Shown here one piece after another: positions 63,215 through 64,000 of a stretch of DNA of 64,000 nucleotides; position 1 is the stretch's first letter, and the number at the start of each line of letters is the position of its first letter. The stretch is from Basidiobolus meristosporus CBS 931.73 (lineage: Eukaryota > Fungi > Basidiobolomycota): NCBI GenBank assembly GCA_002104905.1, contig MCFE01000131.1, forward strand, positions 1-64,000. Reading direction: 5' to 3'. The position numbers and the translations under genes are program-made. The notes beneath the pieces are model-generated. The model did no database searches, was not told the origin of the DNA, and saw only the letters and a list, made by a program, of their open reading frames with translations.

Positions 63215-64000
63215 GACTAAGCAGCATGGGAATTTTTGGAGAAGATCTTAAGAGCAAATTCAGTATCAAGCATGCTTTTTTTGAAACAAAAGTTCTACAA
63301 CATGGGGAAGAAGCCAGATGATGACATGCTACAACTCATTACCTGAATGGAGACACTTGCAGAAGATGTCTGCAGTGTTGATGCTGGTACATAAAATGAA
63401 GCAAAGATACTCTGCCTGCTTTGCAGCCTACCAGAAAGGTATGAGCCACTCATACTTTCTTCTGAAAGCCAAAGAGACAATTTGACATTGACTATGTCAA
63501 AGGAAGACTTCTCCATGAAGAATGCAGACATAATGATCAAGCAGAGAAAATTGGAGACCATACTTTATTTAGCTCAAAAGGGCACACAGAAAAGAAGGGA
63601 AAGCAACAAAACAAAGGAAAACTTGGTTGCTGTAACTACTCTAAGAAGCCAGGACACTAGGCCAGAGAATATAAGAAGAAACAAGCAGACAAAAAACTGA
63701 GTTTGGATCAGGCAAACCACATAGCTACTAATGAACAGCTATTTGTCACTGTACAAGATAGTGCAAGTAACCAAAGTAATGAACAGTATATGCCTTGGGT
63801 GCATCACAGCATATTTATGGTATCAAGGAGTGGATCAGCAACTTAAAGACTATTCCCATTGAAGGTTAATCTGGGAGGCCACTCTGCACTGGAAGCTACC
63901 ACCAGTATGTCTATACAACTAAATTTGAATGATATTTCAGGGGCTACAACACCAAAACTGACTGACATACTCTATGTACCTGGAATAGCCAAGAACCTAC
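63215..64000 (+). pseudogene. copia family 2 gag-protease fragment running off the window
   Basis: Reverse-complement homologue of 55800-56160. Ends ...DILYVPGIAKNL. Confidence 0.82.

Overview
Eukaryotic, most likely fungal, genomic DNA. It has short GT-AG introns with CTAAC-type branch points, and the gene content and style suggest an early-diverging fungus (inference). Bases 1-8400 are gene-dense and CpG-normal: a tRNA-Met, a truncated tRNA-Lys-like half, and four minus-strand genes (secreted Kre9/GPI-like protein, SWIM+RING zinc-finger protein, bacterial-type PfpI/DJ-1 protein, Pro-rich coiled-coil protein). About 9300-17800 is a nest of decayed Ty1/copia elements. About 18000-23300 is a CpG-rich island carrying an intronless cAMP-receptor-like 7TM GPCR. 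About 23300-64000 is a strongly CpG-depleted transposon graveyard. It holds at least six copies or fragments of one CACTA/EnSpm (CMC)-type family with CCCTA(C/T)GA termini and two divergent genes, solo LTRs with 4-bp TSDs, a TIR family with ATT/AAT TSDs (MITE, foldback and cargo-bearing forms), a second copia family and a Ty3/gypsy element. I found no unambiguous new biological system. The best candidates for undescribed biology are the CACTA-like family with its uncharacterised second gene, the ATT/AAT-TSD TIR family, the repeat-restricted CpG decay, and the possibly horizontally acquired PfpI gene. Boundaries fixed by TSDs, TIRs or splice sites were read directly; the other TE coordinates are approximate.
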